Below, one piece after another: positions 8,640 to 18,723 of a stretch of 32,000 nt of DNA; the first letter of the stretch is position 1; each line of letters opens with the position of its first letter. The position numbers were made by a program, and so were the translations under genes. This stretch comes from Tomitella gaofuii (GTDB lineage: Bacteria; Actinomycetota; Actinomycetes; Mycobacteriales; Mycobacteriaceae), in NCBI RefSeq assembly GCF_014126825.1, contig NZ_CP059900.1, positions 1,780,954-1,812,953 of the forward strand, given 5' to 3'. The notes below the pieces were generated by a model. That model searched no databases and was not told the origin of the DNA. It saw only the letters and a program-made list of their open reading frames with translations.

Positions 8640-9584
8640 ATGACTGAAACGCATGCCGTGGTCACCGGCGCCGGACCCGTCGGCACCACCATCGCGTTGC
8701 AGCTCGCCGGGGAGGGCAGGCCGGTCCGCCTGCTCACCCGGTCCGGTAGCGGCCCCGAGCACTCATTGATCGAGCGGGTCCGTGCGGACGTCGCTCAGCC
8801 CGGCGAGCTGGCCCGGCACCTGGAGGGCGCCGACGCGCTGTTCCACTGCATCCACGGCAGCGCCTACAGCGCCAAGGCGTGGGCGCGGGAACTTCCGCAG
8901 GCGGACTCGATCGCGATGGATGCGGCCGCCGCGGCAGCGGTGCCCGTCGTGTTCCCGGAGAGCCTGTACTCCTACGACCTGTCGGCGATGCCGATGACCG
9001 AGGAGAACCCGCGCGCGGCGCGGCGCGGGAAGGGCGGGGTGCGGGCCGGGCTGCTGCGCGCCCGGGCGGAGCACGCGGCCGCGACCGTCAGCGTCGTCGC
9101 CTCCGACTTCTACGGGCCCCACGTGCGCATGGCCCACGCCGGCGATCGGATGGTCCCGCTGGTGCTGGAGGGAAAGAAGATCACGGTGATGGGGTCGGCC
9201 GACGTGCCGCACTCGTTCACCTACGTCCCCGACCTGGCGGCCGCGATGATCGCCGCCGCCGGCGAGCGCGCCGCATGGAACCGGGTGCTCCACGCGCCCA
9301 CCGCGCCGGCCGTGACCCAGCGCCGGATGGTCGAGGAGTTCGCCGCGGCCGCCGGGGTGCCGGCGCCCAGGGTGGCGGTGCTGCCCGCCTGGGCGCTGCA
9401 GGCGGTCGGCGTCGTGATGCCGTCCGTGCGTGAGCTGGCGGAGACGATGCCGCAGTTCACCGCGGAGTTCGTCATCGACTCCGCGGCCACCGAACGGTTG
9501 CTGGGGCGCGCCCCGACCCCGCTCGCCGACGGGGCGGCGGAGACGGTGCGGTGGTGGCGCGCGGCGGAGCGGCTCGCGGCGTGA
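8640..9584 (+). CDS. NAD(P)-binding epimerase/dehydratase-like (atypical SDR, NmrA-like) protein
   Basis: Track ORF 8589..9584. The ATG at 8640 is preceded by AGGAGAGG. The Rossmann motif reads AVVTGAGPVGTTIALQLAGEG. Confidence 0.8.
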   Translation: MTETHAVVTGAGPVGTTIALQLAGEGRPVRLLTRSGSGPEHSLIERVRADVAQPGELARHLEGADALFHCIHGSAYSAKAWARELPQADSIAMDAAAAAAVPVVFPESLYSYDLSAMPMTEENPRAARRGKGGVRAGLLRARAEHAAATVSVVASDFYGPHVRMAHAGDRMVPLVLEGKKITVMGSADVPHSFTYVPDLAAAMIAAAGERAAWNRVLHAPTAPAVTQRRMVEEFAAAAGVPAPRVAVLPAWALQAVGVVMPSVRELAETMPQFTAEFVIDSAATERLLGRAPTPLADGAAETVRWWRAAERLAA

Positions 9585-9595
9585 GAGCCCGCGCG

Positions 9596-9633
9596 GGCCG
9601 GCGCCGGGACGTACGGGGAATCCCGCGCCGGCC
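9596..9633. terminator. Imperfect GC-rich hairpin between convergent genes
   Basis: GGCCGGCGCCGGG ... CCCGCGCCGGCC forms a stem with one bulge and a 13-nt loop. No U-tract follows. Confidence 0.3.
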
Positions 9634-9639
9634 GACGGT

Positions 9640-10401
9640 TCAGGAGCCGGACTCGGAGCCGAACGCCGCCGTGCTGCCGGCCTCCGGCGCGGGGCACGCG
9701 GAGTCCTGGCCGCCCAAGCTGCCGAGACTGCCCAGGCTGCCGAACAGGCTGCCGAGGCTTCCGGCGGGCGAGGGCGTGTCAGTGCAGTCGGCGGTGAGCG
9801 TCCACACGAAGTCCGCAACGAAGTTGCTGCCCATGCTTTCCCGGTGCTGCTCGTCGGGCATGCCGACGTGGTCGGTGACCTCCACGACCTGCCCCGGTTC
9901 CAGCTCAATGGTGTTGAGCACCTGGCCTTCCTCGAGCGGGGGGCCGAGGTGGACCAGCGAGTCGCCGAACTCCGGTCCGTACACGACGAACGTGTCGCCG
10001 TCGGCGCCGTCGATCGTGTTCCACACGGTGAACAGCGCATACTCCGACTTCTGCAGGTTCTCGATGCTCAGCTCCAGCGTGCCGGGCGCGTCGCCGGAGT
10101 TCTTGATGTAGTAGGTGCGGCTGCCGGAGTCGCCGGGGCTGAGGTTGTCGATGCCCTGCCACTGGCCGACGCCGTCCGCGGCGGCGTCGTGCCAGGTTTC
10201 GCCGTCGGGCGAGAACTGGAGCGTGCCCTCGCTGCGGATGGTGGGATCTCCCTCCACGGGCTCCGCGGCGGCGGGGCCGACCGCGGCGACGGTGAACGCG
10301 GCGATCAAGGCGATGGCCGCGGCGACGACGGCGAGGACTGTGGCGGGCGATCCCCTCCGTCCGGCTCGTCGCGTGAGTGTCAGGGGGTGTTCGACAGTCA
10401 T
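9640..10401 (-). CDS. Secreted TasA/camelysin-like (peptidase M73 fold-like) protein with a Cys-bracketed GSL-repeat tail
   Basis: Track ORF 9640..10503. The ATG at 10401 has GGAGGT 8 nt upstream. The signal/anchor reads RRAGRRGSPATVLAVVAAAIALIAAFTVAAVGPAAA. The pattern EGTLQF...IDNLSPGDSGSRTYYIKNSGDAPGTLELSIENL matches the TasA-family pattern SGTLDL...L.PGD....F.v.N.G. Third codon positions are strongly GC, which supports real coding. Confidence 0.6.
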   Translation of the reverse strand: MTVEHPLTLTRRAGRRGSPATVLAVVAAAIALIAAFTVAAVGPAAAEPVEGDPTIRSEGTLQFSPDGETWHDAAADGVGQWQGIDNLSPGDSGSRTYYIKNSGDAPGTLELSIENLQKSEYALFTVWNTIDGADGDTFVVYGPEFGDSLVHLGPPLEEGQVLNTIELEPGQVVEVTDHVGMPDEQHRESMGSNFVADFVWTLTADCTDTPSPAGSLGSLFGSLGSLGSLGGQDSACPAPEAGSTAAFGSESGS

Positions 10402-10851
10402 GGCGCGGACCTCCATCCGAGACTGCGCGCCGCGATGGAGTGTCGCGCCGTGCGCAGTATCGGGTGTGACGTGGAGCACGGGGCGTGCTCGGGTCCGAAT
10501 CATCCTGCCCGGGACCGGGGAAAGAGTCCAGCCGTCCCGTACACGGGTCGATTCCGGGTGGGCCGGCCGGACGGGTTCCGAGGACTGTGCGACGAGGCCG
10601 GCGCGGTGTTCACGGGCCGTTGCCCGGGGTGTGCGTGTCGATTCACCGGAAAGTGGTGCAGGTCACGTAGCGTTCAAGGCATCGGGCAGCGGGGAAGCTG
10701 CCCGTCCGGGAGGTCCGAACCGTGGCTGACGTGAACGCCGGGGAGGGCCGGGAACCGGCCCCGCCGGCGGGGAGCGTGTGCGCCGCGGCAGGGGCGGCCC
10801 GGTCCTGCAACCGATGCCCATCCGGGGGCCGGGTGGGCGTAGGAGTCCGAC

Positions 10852-12162
10852 GTGACTGGTACGAACGACCGCTGCACCTTCGTTGTCGACACCTCGGTGC
10901 TGCTGTCCGACCCGTGGGCGGTGACCCGCTTCGCCGAGCATGAGGTGGTGCTGCCGCTGGTGGTGATCGGCGAACTCGAAGGCAAGCGCCATCACCACGA
11001 GCTCGGCTGGTTCGCACGCGAGGCGCTGCGGCTGCTCGACGACCTGCGCATGGAACACCGGCGGCTCGACGTCCCCATCCCCATCGGCGGCGACGGCGGC
11101 ACTCTGCGTGTGGAGCTCAACCACAGCGACCAGTCGGTGCTGCCGTCGGGGTTCCGCGCCGACACCAACGACGCACGCATCCTCGCCTGCGCGCTGAACC
11201 TGCAGGCGGAGGGCCGCCGGGTCACGCTGGTCACCAAGGACACGCCGCTGCGCGTCAAGGCCGGCGCGGTGGGGCTGGCGGCGGACGAGTACCACGCGCA
11301 GGACGTCGCGGCGAGCGGATGGACCGGCATGGTCGATGCGGAGGTGCCGTCGGCCGAGATCGACATGCTCTTCGCCGACGGCACGCTGGACGCCGACGAG
11401 TTCCGCGACCTGCCCTGCCACACCGGAGTGCGGCTGGTGGGCGAATCGTCCAGCGCGCTCGGCAGGGTGACCGCCGACAAGCGGGTGCGGTTGGTGCGCG
11501 GCGACCGCGAGGCGTTCGGCATCCGGGGCCGGTCCGCCGAGCAGCGCATCGCGCTCGACCTGCTCATGGATGAGTCGGTGGGGATCGTGTCGCTCGGCGG
11601 GCGTGCAGGCACGGGCAAGTCGGCGCTCGCGTTGTGCGCGGGGCTGGAGGCCGTGCTGGAGCGGCGGCGGCACCGCAAGGTGGTCGTGTTCCGGCCGCTG
11701 TACGCGGTCGGTGGCCAGAACCTCGGCTACTTGCCGGGCAGCGAGTCGGAGAAGATGGGGCCCTGGGCGCAGGCCGTGTTCGACACCCTGGAGGGCCTGG
11801 CCGAGCCGCACACCATCGAGGAGATCGTGGCGCGCGGAATGCTCGAGGTGCTGCCGTTGACGCACATCCGCGGGCGGTCGCTGCACGACTCGTTCGTCAT
11901 CGTCGACGAGGCGCAGTCGCTCGAGCGCAACGTGCTCCTCACCGTGCTCTCTCGGCTGGGCACCGGTTCGCGGGTGGTGCTCACACACGACGTCGCCCAG
12001 CGCGACAACCTGCGGGTGGGCCGGCACGACGGGGTGTCCGCGGTGATCGAGAAGCTCAAGGGGCATCCGCTGTTCGCGCACATCACCCTGCACCGTAGCG
12101 AGCGCTCCGAGATCGCCGAGCTGGTCACCGAGATGCTCGAGGAATTCACGCCGGGGGCGTGA
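10852..12162 (+). CDS. phoH2: PIN-domain / PhoH-like ATPase fusion protein (PhoH2)
   Basis: Track ORF 10852..12162. The GTG start has AGGAG 6 nt upstream. It has an N-terminal PIN domain ([20 protein letters not shown]) and Walker [12 protein letters not shown] with VDEAQ. Confidence 0.9.
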   Translation: MTGTNDRCTFVVDTSVLLSDPWAVTRFAEHEVVLPLVVIGELEGKRHHHELGWFAREALRLLDDLRMEHRRLDVPIPIGGDGGTLRVELNHSDQSVLPSGFRADTNDARILACALNLQAEGRRVTLVTKDTPLRVKAGAVGLAADEYHAQDVAASGWTGMVDAEVPSAEIDMLFADGTLDADEFRDLPCHTGVRLVGESSSALGRVTADKRVRLVRGDREAFGIRGRSAEQRIALDLLMDESVGIVSLGGRAGTGKSALALCAGLEAVLERRRHRKVVVFRPLYAVGGQNLGYLPGSESEKMGPWAQAVFDTLEGLAEPHTIEEIVARGMLEVLPLTHIRGRSLHDSFVIVDEAQSLERNVLLTVLSRLGTGSRVVLTHDVAQRDNLRVGRHDGVSAVIEKLKGHPLFAHITLHRSERSEIAELVTEMLEEFTPGA

Positions 12163-12216
12163 CGGGGCCGGTGCTCCTGCGTCGCCCGATGACTATTCGG
12201 ACTAGTCTTCCAGGGC

Positions 12217-12222
12217 TATAAT
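12217..12222 (+). promoter_or_regulatory. Consensus -10 hexamer TATAAT placed for a leaderless vapB transcript
   Basis: The sequence is TATAAT - catggt (6 nt) - ATG(12229). There is no Shine-Dalgarno sequence. It lies in a locally AT-rich patch (about 12190..12240). Confidence 0.55.
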
Positions 12223-12228
12223 CATGGT

Positions 12229-12465
12229 ATGCGGTCTATCAGCAGTACCGACGCGAAGGCACGCCTCAACGCGGTGCTGGCAGAGGTGGAGCAGACCGGC
12301 GTCCCGGTGATGATCACCACCAGGGGACGGCCGGTCGCGGTGCTGTCCCCGGCGGGCGATCGCCCGCGTGAGTTCGGGAAAGTGCCGGGCATGCGGATTC
12401 CGGCGGATTTCGACGGCCCGCTTTCCGAGGCGGATCTCGCCGCATGGGAGGGTCAGGCCGAGTGA
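12229..12465 (+). CDS. vapB: Type II antitoxin (Phd/YefM-type N-terminus), VapB partner
   Basis: Track ORF 12229..12465. The sequence MRSISSTDAKARLNAVLAEVEQTGVPVMITTRGRPVAVLSP is a typical Phd/YefM fold sequence. Its stop overlaps the toxin start (GTGA). Confidence 0.85.
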   Translation: MRSISSTDAKARLNAVLAEVEQTGVPVMITTRGRPVAVLSPAGDRPREFGKVPGMRIPADFDGPLSEADLAAWEGQAE

Positions 12466-12860
12466 CCTCGATCCTTCTGGATACGAACGCGCTGTTGTGG
12501 CTGGCAGCGGAGCCCGAACGCGTCGGCGGGACCGCAATGGGCGTCCTCGCCGACAGGAATAACGACCTGTTCGTTTCCGCGGTATCGGCATGGGAGATCG
12601 CCATCAAGACGGCCTCGGGCAGGCTGGACGGAGATCCGCTGCTGCGATCGTGGGCAGAGCTCGTCCCGAGTATGGGCATGGACGACGTCGCCGTCGACTG
12701 GGCGGACGCGGTGATGGCCGGCCGCCTTCCATGGGAACACCGCGACCCGTTCGACCGCATGATCGTGGCGCAGGCTGCGCGGCGGGGGTGGACGGTGGCG
12801 ACAAGCGATCGGAAGGTGCTCGGCGGCGCGCTCACGCCGGTGCTCGATACGCGGGTCTGA
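12462..12860 (+). CDS. vapC: PIN-domain ribonuclease toxin VapC
   Basis: Track ORF 12444..12860. The acidic PIN residues lie in ILLDTNALLW, SAWEIAIK and HRDPFDRMIVAQA. I prefer the GTG at 12462 because of the 4-nt overlap with the vapB stop. The ATG at 12444 is an alternative start. Confidence 0.9.
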   Translation: MTSILLDTNALLWLAAEPERVGGTAMGVLADRNNDLFVSAVSAWEIAIKTASGRLDGDPLLRSWAELVPSMGMDDVAVDWADAVMAGRLPWEHRDPFDRMIVAQAARRGWTVATSDRKVLGGALTPVLDTRV

Positions 12861-12922
12861 GGAGCGCATTGCGGCCAGTGCCGGGGGCCGGCGGCCGAAC
12901 GGAATTTCCAGGCTGTCCGCGC

Positions 12923-12942
12923 CGCCGGGGCCGTCCCCGGCG
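12923..12942 (-). terminator. Short perfect hairpin immediately after the cysQ stop
   Basis: CGCCGGGG-ccgt-CCCCGGCG (8-bp stem, 4-nt loop) abuts the stop at 12943..12945. It lies between convergent vapC and cysQ. Confidence 0.35.
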
Positions 12943-13698
12943 TCACCCCGCCGCGGCGATCGCCTTCTCCGCCAGCTCCGGCCGGCAGATGAGCAGGTCG
13001 GGCAGCCACGGGTCCTCGGCGTTGTACCGGATGGGGGAGCCGTCGATGCGCGAGGTGTGCAATCCTGCCGCCTGTGCCACGGCCACCGGGGCACACGAGT
13101 CCCACTCGTACATCCCGCCGGCGTGCGCGTAGATGTCGGCGTCGCCGCGCACCACCGCCATCGCCTTGGCGCCCGCCGAGCCTTTGCGCAGCACCTCGGC
13201 GCCCAGCGCGTCGGCGATCCGGGTGACGCGGTCGTTGCGGCGGTTGCGGCTGATGATCATGCGCACCCTGTCGCCCAGCATCGGCGGCACCGGCGCCACG
13301 GTGCCGCTGCTGTAGGTCACGCCCAGGGCGGGGACGGCGACGGCGCCGAGCACCACGCGGTGGTCGACGACGAGCGCCACGTGCACCGCCCAGTCGTCGT
13401 GGTCGAGCAGGCCGAACTCGTTGGTGCCGTCGAGCGGGTCCACGATCCACGTGCGGTCCGCAGTGAGGCGTGCGCCGGTGTCCGTGCCCTCCTCGGACAG
13501 CACCGCATCGTCGGGGAAGTGCTCGGCCAGGCGTGCGGCGATGTACTCATGGGCCTCCCGGTCACCGCTGTCGCGCAGCACGTAGGGGTCGATGGCCGAC
13601 GAGTCGGAGCGCAGTTGCAGCAGCAGCTTCCCGGTGCTCTCGGCGATGTCGGCGGCGAGCGCCGCATCGGCGACCGGATCGTTGGTGTGCGCGCTCAT
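12943..13698 (-). CDS. cysQ: 3'(2'),5'-bisphosphate nucleotidase / inositol monophosphatase family protein
   Basis: Track ORF 12943..13698. IMPase-family motifs are present: SEE, WIVDPLDGTNEF and WDSCAPVAVAQAAG. GGGAG lies upstream of the ATG. Confidence 0.8.
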   Translation of the reverse strand: MSAHTNDPVADAALAADIAESTGKLLLQLRSDSSAIDPYVLRDSGDREAHEYIAARLAEHFPDDAVLSEEGTDTGARLTADRTWIVDPLDGTNEFGLLDHDDWAVHVALVVDHRVVLGAVAVPALGVTYSSGTVAPVPPMLGDRVRMIISRNRRNDRVTRIADALGAEVLRKGSAGAKAMAVVRGDADIYAHAGGMYEWDSCAPVAVAQAAGLHTSRIDGSPIRYNAEDPWLPDLLICRPELAEKAIAAAG

Positions 13699-13825
13699 CG
13701 TCTGCTCCCTCGCCCCGGTGCCGTGTCGTCTGGATCGACCCTAACGGGCCGCGGGGTCGGGCAGGCGGCGATCCGCGGGGAAACAGGGTGGAGACGGACC
13801 CCGTGCCGTGTCGGCATCGAGCGCG

Positions 13826-15544
13826 TCACCGAAGGAATGGCCCGGCTTGGTCGAGGAAGCTGATCGTGAGGGCGTCGCCGTCGAAGGAGGCGACCGCGTC
13901 CGGGTGTTCCCGGCGGAACGCCGCGGCGCCGGGTGCCGCGGCGTCGGCGGCAGCGACGGCGAATGTGGTGTCGCCGGTGCGCGTCATCCGGAACGTCTTC
14001 CGTCCCGGGCCGACGGTGAGGGTCGTCGTGTCGTTGCTCGTGCGGACAGTGGCCTCACCGTAGAAGGGGTTGGTGTAGACGCCGTCGAACGCGGGCAGCG
14101 GTGCTTTCCCGTTCGCCGGTGCAGCAGTTCCTGGTGGTGCGACGGCGCCCGGCGGTGCAGCCTCGTCGGCCGGGGCCGACCGGGTGAACCAGGCCGCCCA
14201 GTCCCGTTGCACCTCGCCGAACTGGACCAGGTCGGCGAACGTGGCGTTGACCGCTTGCGCCGCCGCGACCGGCCGTTCGGAAGTCGACACCCCGTTCGTC
14301 AGGGTGACGATGCCGACGCCGGCCGACGGGATCAGCGTCACGGCGGCGTCGGGGCCGGTCGGAGCGTCGGCGCCGGCGGTCCCGCCGCCGGTGATGACCA
14401 CCCGGCCGGCGGCCGAATCGGTCACGCCGAATCCGTAGCCGCGGGCGACGCCGCGCGCGTCGATGGCGTCGGCGGCCTCGGTCGCCGTCTCCGGGGCCAC
14501 CGCCTGCGGTGACAGCGCTGCGGCCAGCGGCTCGGCGGGGATGACGCGCACCCCCTGGTGCATGCCGCCGGAGAGCAGGAGACGCATCCATTGCGCCATG
14601 TCATGCGCAGAAGAGCTCAGCCCCCGTGCAGGTGCGACGGCGTCGGACCACGCGCGGTCGACGGAGGCGACGGTGCCGTCTGCGCCGACGAGTACCGGCG
14701 CGGAGCCGTCCGTGCGGGCGGCGAAATCCTGCGCACGGTAGCTCGTCGAGTCCATGCCGAGCCGATGGAACAGGCTCCTGGAGGACAGCGTCGCCCAATC
14801 GGTGCCGGCGGCGCGGGCGACGGCCTCGCCCGCGATCGTCGGCCCCAGAGCGCCGGGCCGGGCCGTAGTACGGAATCCGTCAAGCGGCAGCGACTCCAGA
14901 CCGTCCAGCATCGTCTGGCGGTCCACGCCGATGTGGGCCGCGCTGATGGCGGCGTCCTCGGGCAGCCCCGCCATGCCCGTGAAGAGGTCGCCGAGGGTCG
15001 CGTGTGCGGTGACGTACGGGTCGGCCACCGCGAACTGCGGCATGAGTGCCCGGACGGGGGTCGACCAGGTCCGGCCCTCCGTCAATTGGGTGGCGACGAC
15101 GGTGGCGGCGACCGGCGTGGACAGGGCGCCCAGCGGGAACACGGTGTTCGCGTCCACCCTCGCGCCGTCGGCGTCCGACGATCCCGAGCCCGGCGTTCCC
15201 GCCGCCGGAGCAGTTGCAGGGGCGGGCGGGGTGCGCGCACCGTAGCCCCGTTCGAAGACCACCGTGCCGTCGTGCACCACCGCGACCGCCATGCCGGTGA
15301 CATCCGGGTTGCGCATCGCGTCGGCGGCGACGGCGTCGAGCCGGCCCACCGCATCGTCGATCCGTCCGTCGGGGATCGGGATCCCGGCGACCTGCCCGGG
15401 GACCGGCTCGGGGGTGGCCGCGGACCCGGTGGCGTCGGGCGCGGGGCCGGGGAGCGGCTGCGGCGTCGTGGTGCACGCGCCCGCCGCGGCAGCGATCGCG
15501 ACCAGCCCCGCGACCGCGGCCAGCGCGCGGCGGCGTGCGGTCAT
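13826..15544 (-). CDS. Lipoprotein with a beta-lactamase-like fold lacking catalytic motifs, plus a DUF3471-like C-terminal domain
   Basis: This is the C-terminal 572 codons of track ORF 13826..16276. The signal [24 protein letters not shown] has a lipobox Cys. Family-typical blocks are present (VVFERGYGAR, ANTVFPLGALSTPVAATVVATQL, LFHRLGMDSTSY, GVGIVTLTNG), but no SxxK occurs anywhere. The tail FDGVYTNPFYGEATV resembles DUF3471. The ATG at 15544 overlaps the upstream stop (ATGA). Confidence 0.8.
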   Translation of the reverse strand: MTARRRALAAVAGLVAIAAAAGACTTTPQPLPGPAPDATGSAATPEPVPGQVAGIPIPDGRIDDAVGRLDAVAADAMRNPDVTGMAVAVVHDGTVVFERGYGARTPPAPATAPAAGTPGSGSSDADGARVDANTVFPLGALSTPVAATVVATQLTEGRTWSTPVRALMPQFAVADPYVTAHATLGDLFTGMAGLPEDAAISAAHIGVDRQTMLDGLESLPLDGFRTTARPGALGPTIAGEAVARAAGTDWATLSSRSLFHRLGMDSTSYRAQDFAARTDGSAPVLVGADGTVASVDRAWSDAVAPARGLSSSAHDMAQWMRLLLSGGMHQGVRVIPAEPLAAALSPQAVAPETATEAADAIDARGVARGYGFGVTDSAAGRVVITGGGTAGADAPTGPDAAVTLIPSAGVGIVTLTNGVSTSERPVAAAQAVNATFADLVQFGEVQRDWAAWFTRSAPADEAAPPGAVAPPGTAAPANGKAPLPAFDGVYTNPFYGEATVRTSNDTTTLTVGPGRKTFRMTRTGDTTFAVAAADAAAPGAAAFRREHPDAVASFDGDALTISFLDQAGPFLR

Positions 15545-16553
15545 CCGTGGGCCTCCGCACCCGGAATCCTGGTGTGCGCGGCGTAGTACCGGCGGCCGTG
15601 CGCGCGCTGGTAATGCCAGGCGACGGTGGGCACCGGCCCTCGCCGGTGCAGCCAGTAGCGTCGCGGCAGGGGCTCGGCCGGCCGGGTGCGGCCCACCTTG
15701 ATCCGTGCGGTGACCACGCCCGGGCCCTCGTCCCCTGCGCGTTCGGCCAGCACGTGACCGTTCGCGTCGGCGATGAGCGTCGCGCCCTCGAGCCGCCCGC
15801 GGTACCGCAGCGGAGTCCACGGAAGGCGGCAGTCGACGGGGCCGCAGTGGGCGGCATGCACCAGTGGTGCGCCGACGTAGCGGGAGAAGTCGGCGGCGGC
15901 GCGGCGTGCGGTGGCCTCGTTGCGCGCCTCCCACCGGTCGAACAGCCCGCGGGGCCGCCACCGCGGCACGGTCCACCATCCCGAGCCGCTCATCATGACG
16001 TCGACGCGCCCACGCAGCCGCCGAGCGGTCCCGGTGCGCATGAGCTCCCAGCACACAGCCGCGCCCGCGGTCGCGCCGGCGAGGGCGCCGCCGGGGGAGC
16101 CGTCCGGCACGTCGATGAGTCCCGGGTCGTCGCCGCCGATGTAGAAGGAGTTCTCCCACATCGTCGGCAGGTCTTTGTCGTGCCGGCCGAGCAGTGCGCC
16201 GTCCGGTGCCGCGAGGAAGTACGCGTTGCGCACCTCGCCGTCGTCGTCCCGGCACAGGAACGAACCGCCCACCCACGCGCGGTGGCGCCGGGCCAGCCGC
16301 TGTAGCAGCGAGGTCGCCCTGCCGTCGGGACGCAGCGCCGCATGCGAGAGTGCGGGATCGAAGGCGATGCCGGTGGTGAAGAACTCGGGCAGCGCGATGA
16401 TCCGTGCACCGCGTGCGCCGGCCTCGTCCGCCAGGTCCTCGCAGCGTCGCAGATTGTGGTCGACGTCCGCGGTCCGCGCATCCAACTGGACGGCCGCGGC
16501 CAGAACCCCCGCGGGCGCTGCGGAGCCCGGCCCGGGGGCTGCCGGGTCTCCGA

Positions 16554-16557
<4 letters not shown>
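15541..16557 (-). CDS. Carbon-nitrogen hydrolase (nitrilase superfamily)
   Basis: This is the C-terminal 338 codons of track ORF 15541..17094. Glu-Lys-Cys triad contexts are [14 protein letters not shown] and AAVCWELM. The ATG at 16557 overlaps the fumC stop (ATGA). Confidence 0.85.
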
Positions 16558-17987
<1,430 letters not shown>

Positions 17988-18052
17988 GCCACCGACCGCG
18001 TGCGCGTGTGTGCGGGATGGCGCCCGGCGGCGGGCACGCGTCCGTCGGACGG

Positions 18053-18682
18053 TCACCGGCCCGCGCCGCCGCCGGGCCGCAGCGGGGCGCGGACGGCGGC
18101 GGCGAGCATGGCCACCGCAGTGTCGACGAAGTCCTCGTGCGCGAGCAGCACCGCCGGCTCCTCGTCGATGCGGCGCGCGCGGTCGGACAGCACGGCGGTG
18201 AGCATGCCGATGAGCATGGCCAGCCGCTCGCGCACCATCGGCTCCGGCAGCTCGCGGAGCAGGACATCGGCCAGCGCGTCGAGCTGGGCGCCGACGGAGC
18301 TGTGCCGCAGCGGCTGCGCCATCCGCCGCGTCGCGACTCCCGAGTGGCCGGCGAGTTGTGCGGTGATGCGCAGGAAATCCCTGCCGGACGGCGACCGCAG
18401 CTCACCGGAGACCGGCCGGACGATGATGTCCACAAGGCCGTCGGCGTCGCGTGGCAGGGGGCCGTGCGGTTGGCGGTCCTCGATGTCCGCCATGTGCCGG
18501 GCGATGATCGCCTGCAGCAGTCCGTGCCGAGAACCGAAGTGGTAATTGACCGCGGAATCGTTGCCCTGCCCGGCGGCCGCGACGATCTGCCGGGTCAGAG
18601 TGCCGTCGATGCCGTGGCGTGCGAAGAGACGCTCGCCGGCGGTCAGCAGCTTCTCGCGAGTGCTTCCGGAACGGTCGGCCAT
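18053..18682 (-). CDS. TetR family transcriptional regulator
   Basis: Track ORF 18053..18682. The HTH reads [29 protein letters not shown]. The minus strand reads TAGACT - 6 nt - ATG(18682), suggesting a leaderless start. The gene is divergent from the P450 gene. Confidence 0.85.
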   Translation of the reverse strand: MADRSGSTREKLLTAGERLFARHGIDGTLTRQIVAAAGQGNDSAVNYHFGSRHGLLQAIIARHMADIEDRQPHGPLPRDADGLVDIIVRPVSGELRSPSGRDFLRITAQLAGHSGVATRRMAQPLRHSSVGAQLDALADVLLRELPEPMVRERLAMLIGMLTAVLSDRARRIDEEPAVLLAHEDFVDTAVAMLAAAVRAPLRPGGGAGR

Positions 18683-18692
18683 GGGCGTAGTC

Positions 18693-18723
18693 TAACAGTG
18701 ACTGTTAATAACAGAAGCTGTTA
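18693..18723. promoter_or_regulatory. Two adjacent perfect palindromes TAACAG-n3-CTGTTA (candidate TetR operator pair)
   Basis: TAACAGtgaCTGTTA (18693..18707), one spacer base, then TAACAGaagCTGTTA (18709..18723). Together they fill most of the 52-bp TetR/P450 spacer. They overlap the candidate -10 of the TetR gene and abut the P450 ribosome-binding site GAGGAG. Confidence 0.65.

Noticed and set aside
9713-9760. Short DNA periodicity (GCTGCC-GAG/CAG units) that might suggest a repeat array
   Set aside because: It is simply the coding sequence of the GSLGSLFGSLGSLGSLGG peptide on the opposite strand. It is too short and imperfect for a CRISPR array or a VNTR call.
10485-10670. 61-aa ORF inside the long phoH2-upstream spacer
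   Set aside because: Many third codon positions are A/T, unlike every confident gene here. There is no ribosome-binding site and no recognisable motif. I treat it as non-coding.
12163-12942. Possibility that the vapBC region is a mobile genomic islet
   Set aside because: I could see no flanking inverted or direct repeats, no integrase or transposase, and no tRNA target. I report it only as a small TA insertion, not as a mobile element.
13718-13813. 11-bp direct repeat GTGCCGTGTCG upstream of cysQ (13718..13728 and 13803..13813)
   Set aside because: A single short GC-rich repeat with no dyad symmetry. By a rough back-of-envelope estimate, one such nearby match is about what chance would give in a window of this size and GC bias. 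It is not enough to call a binding site.
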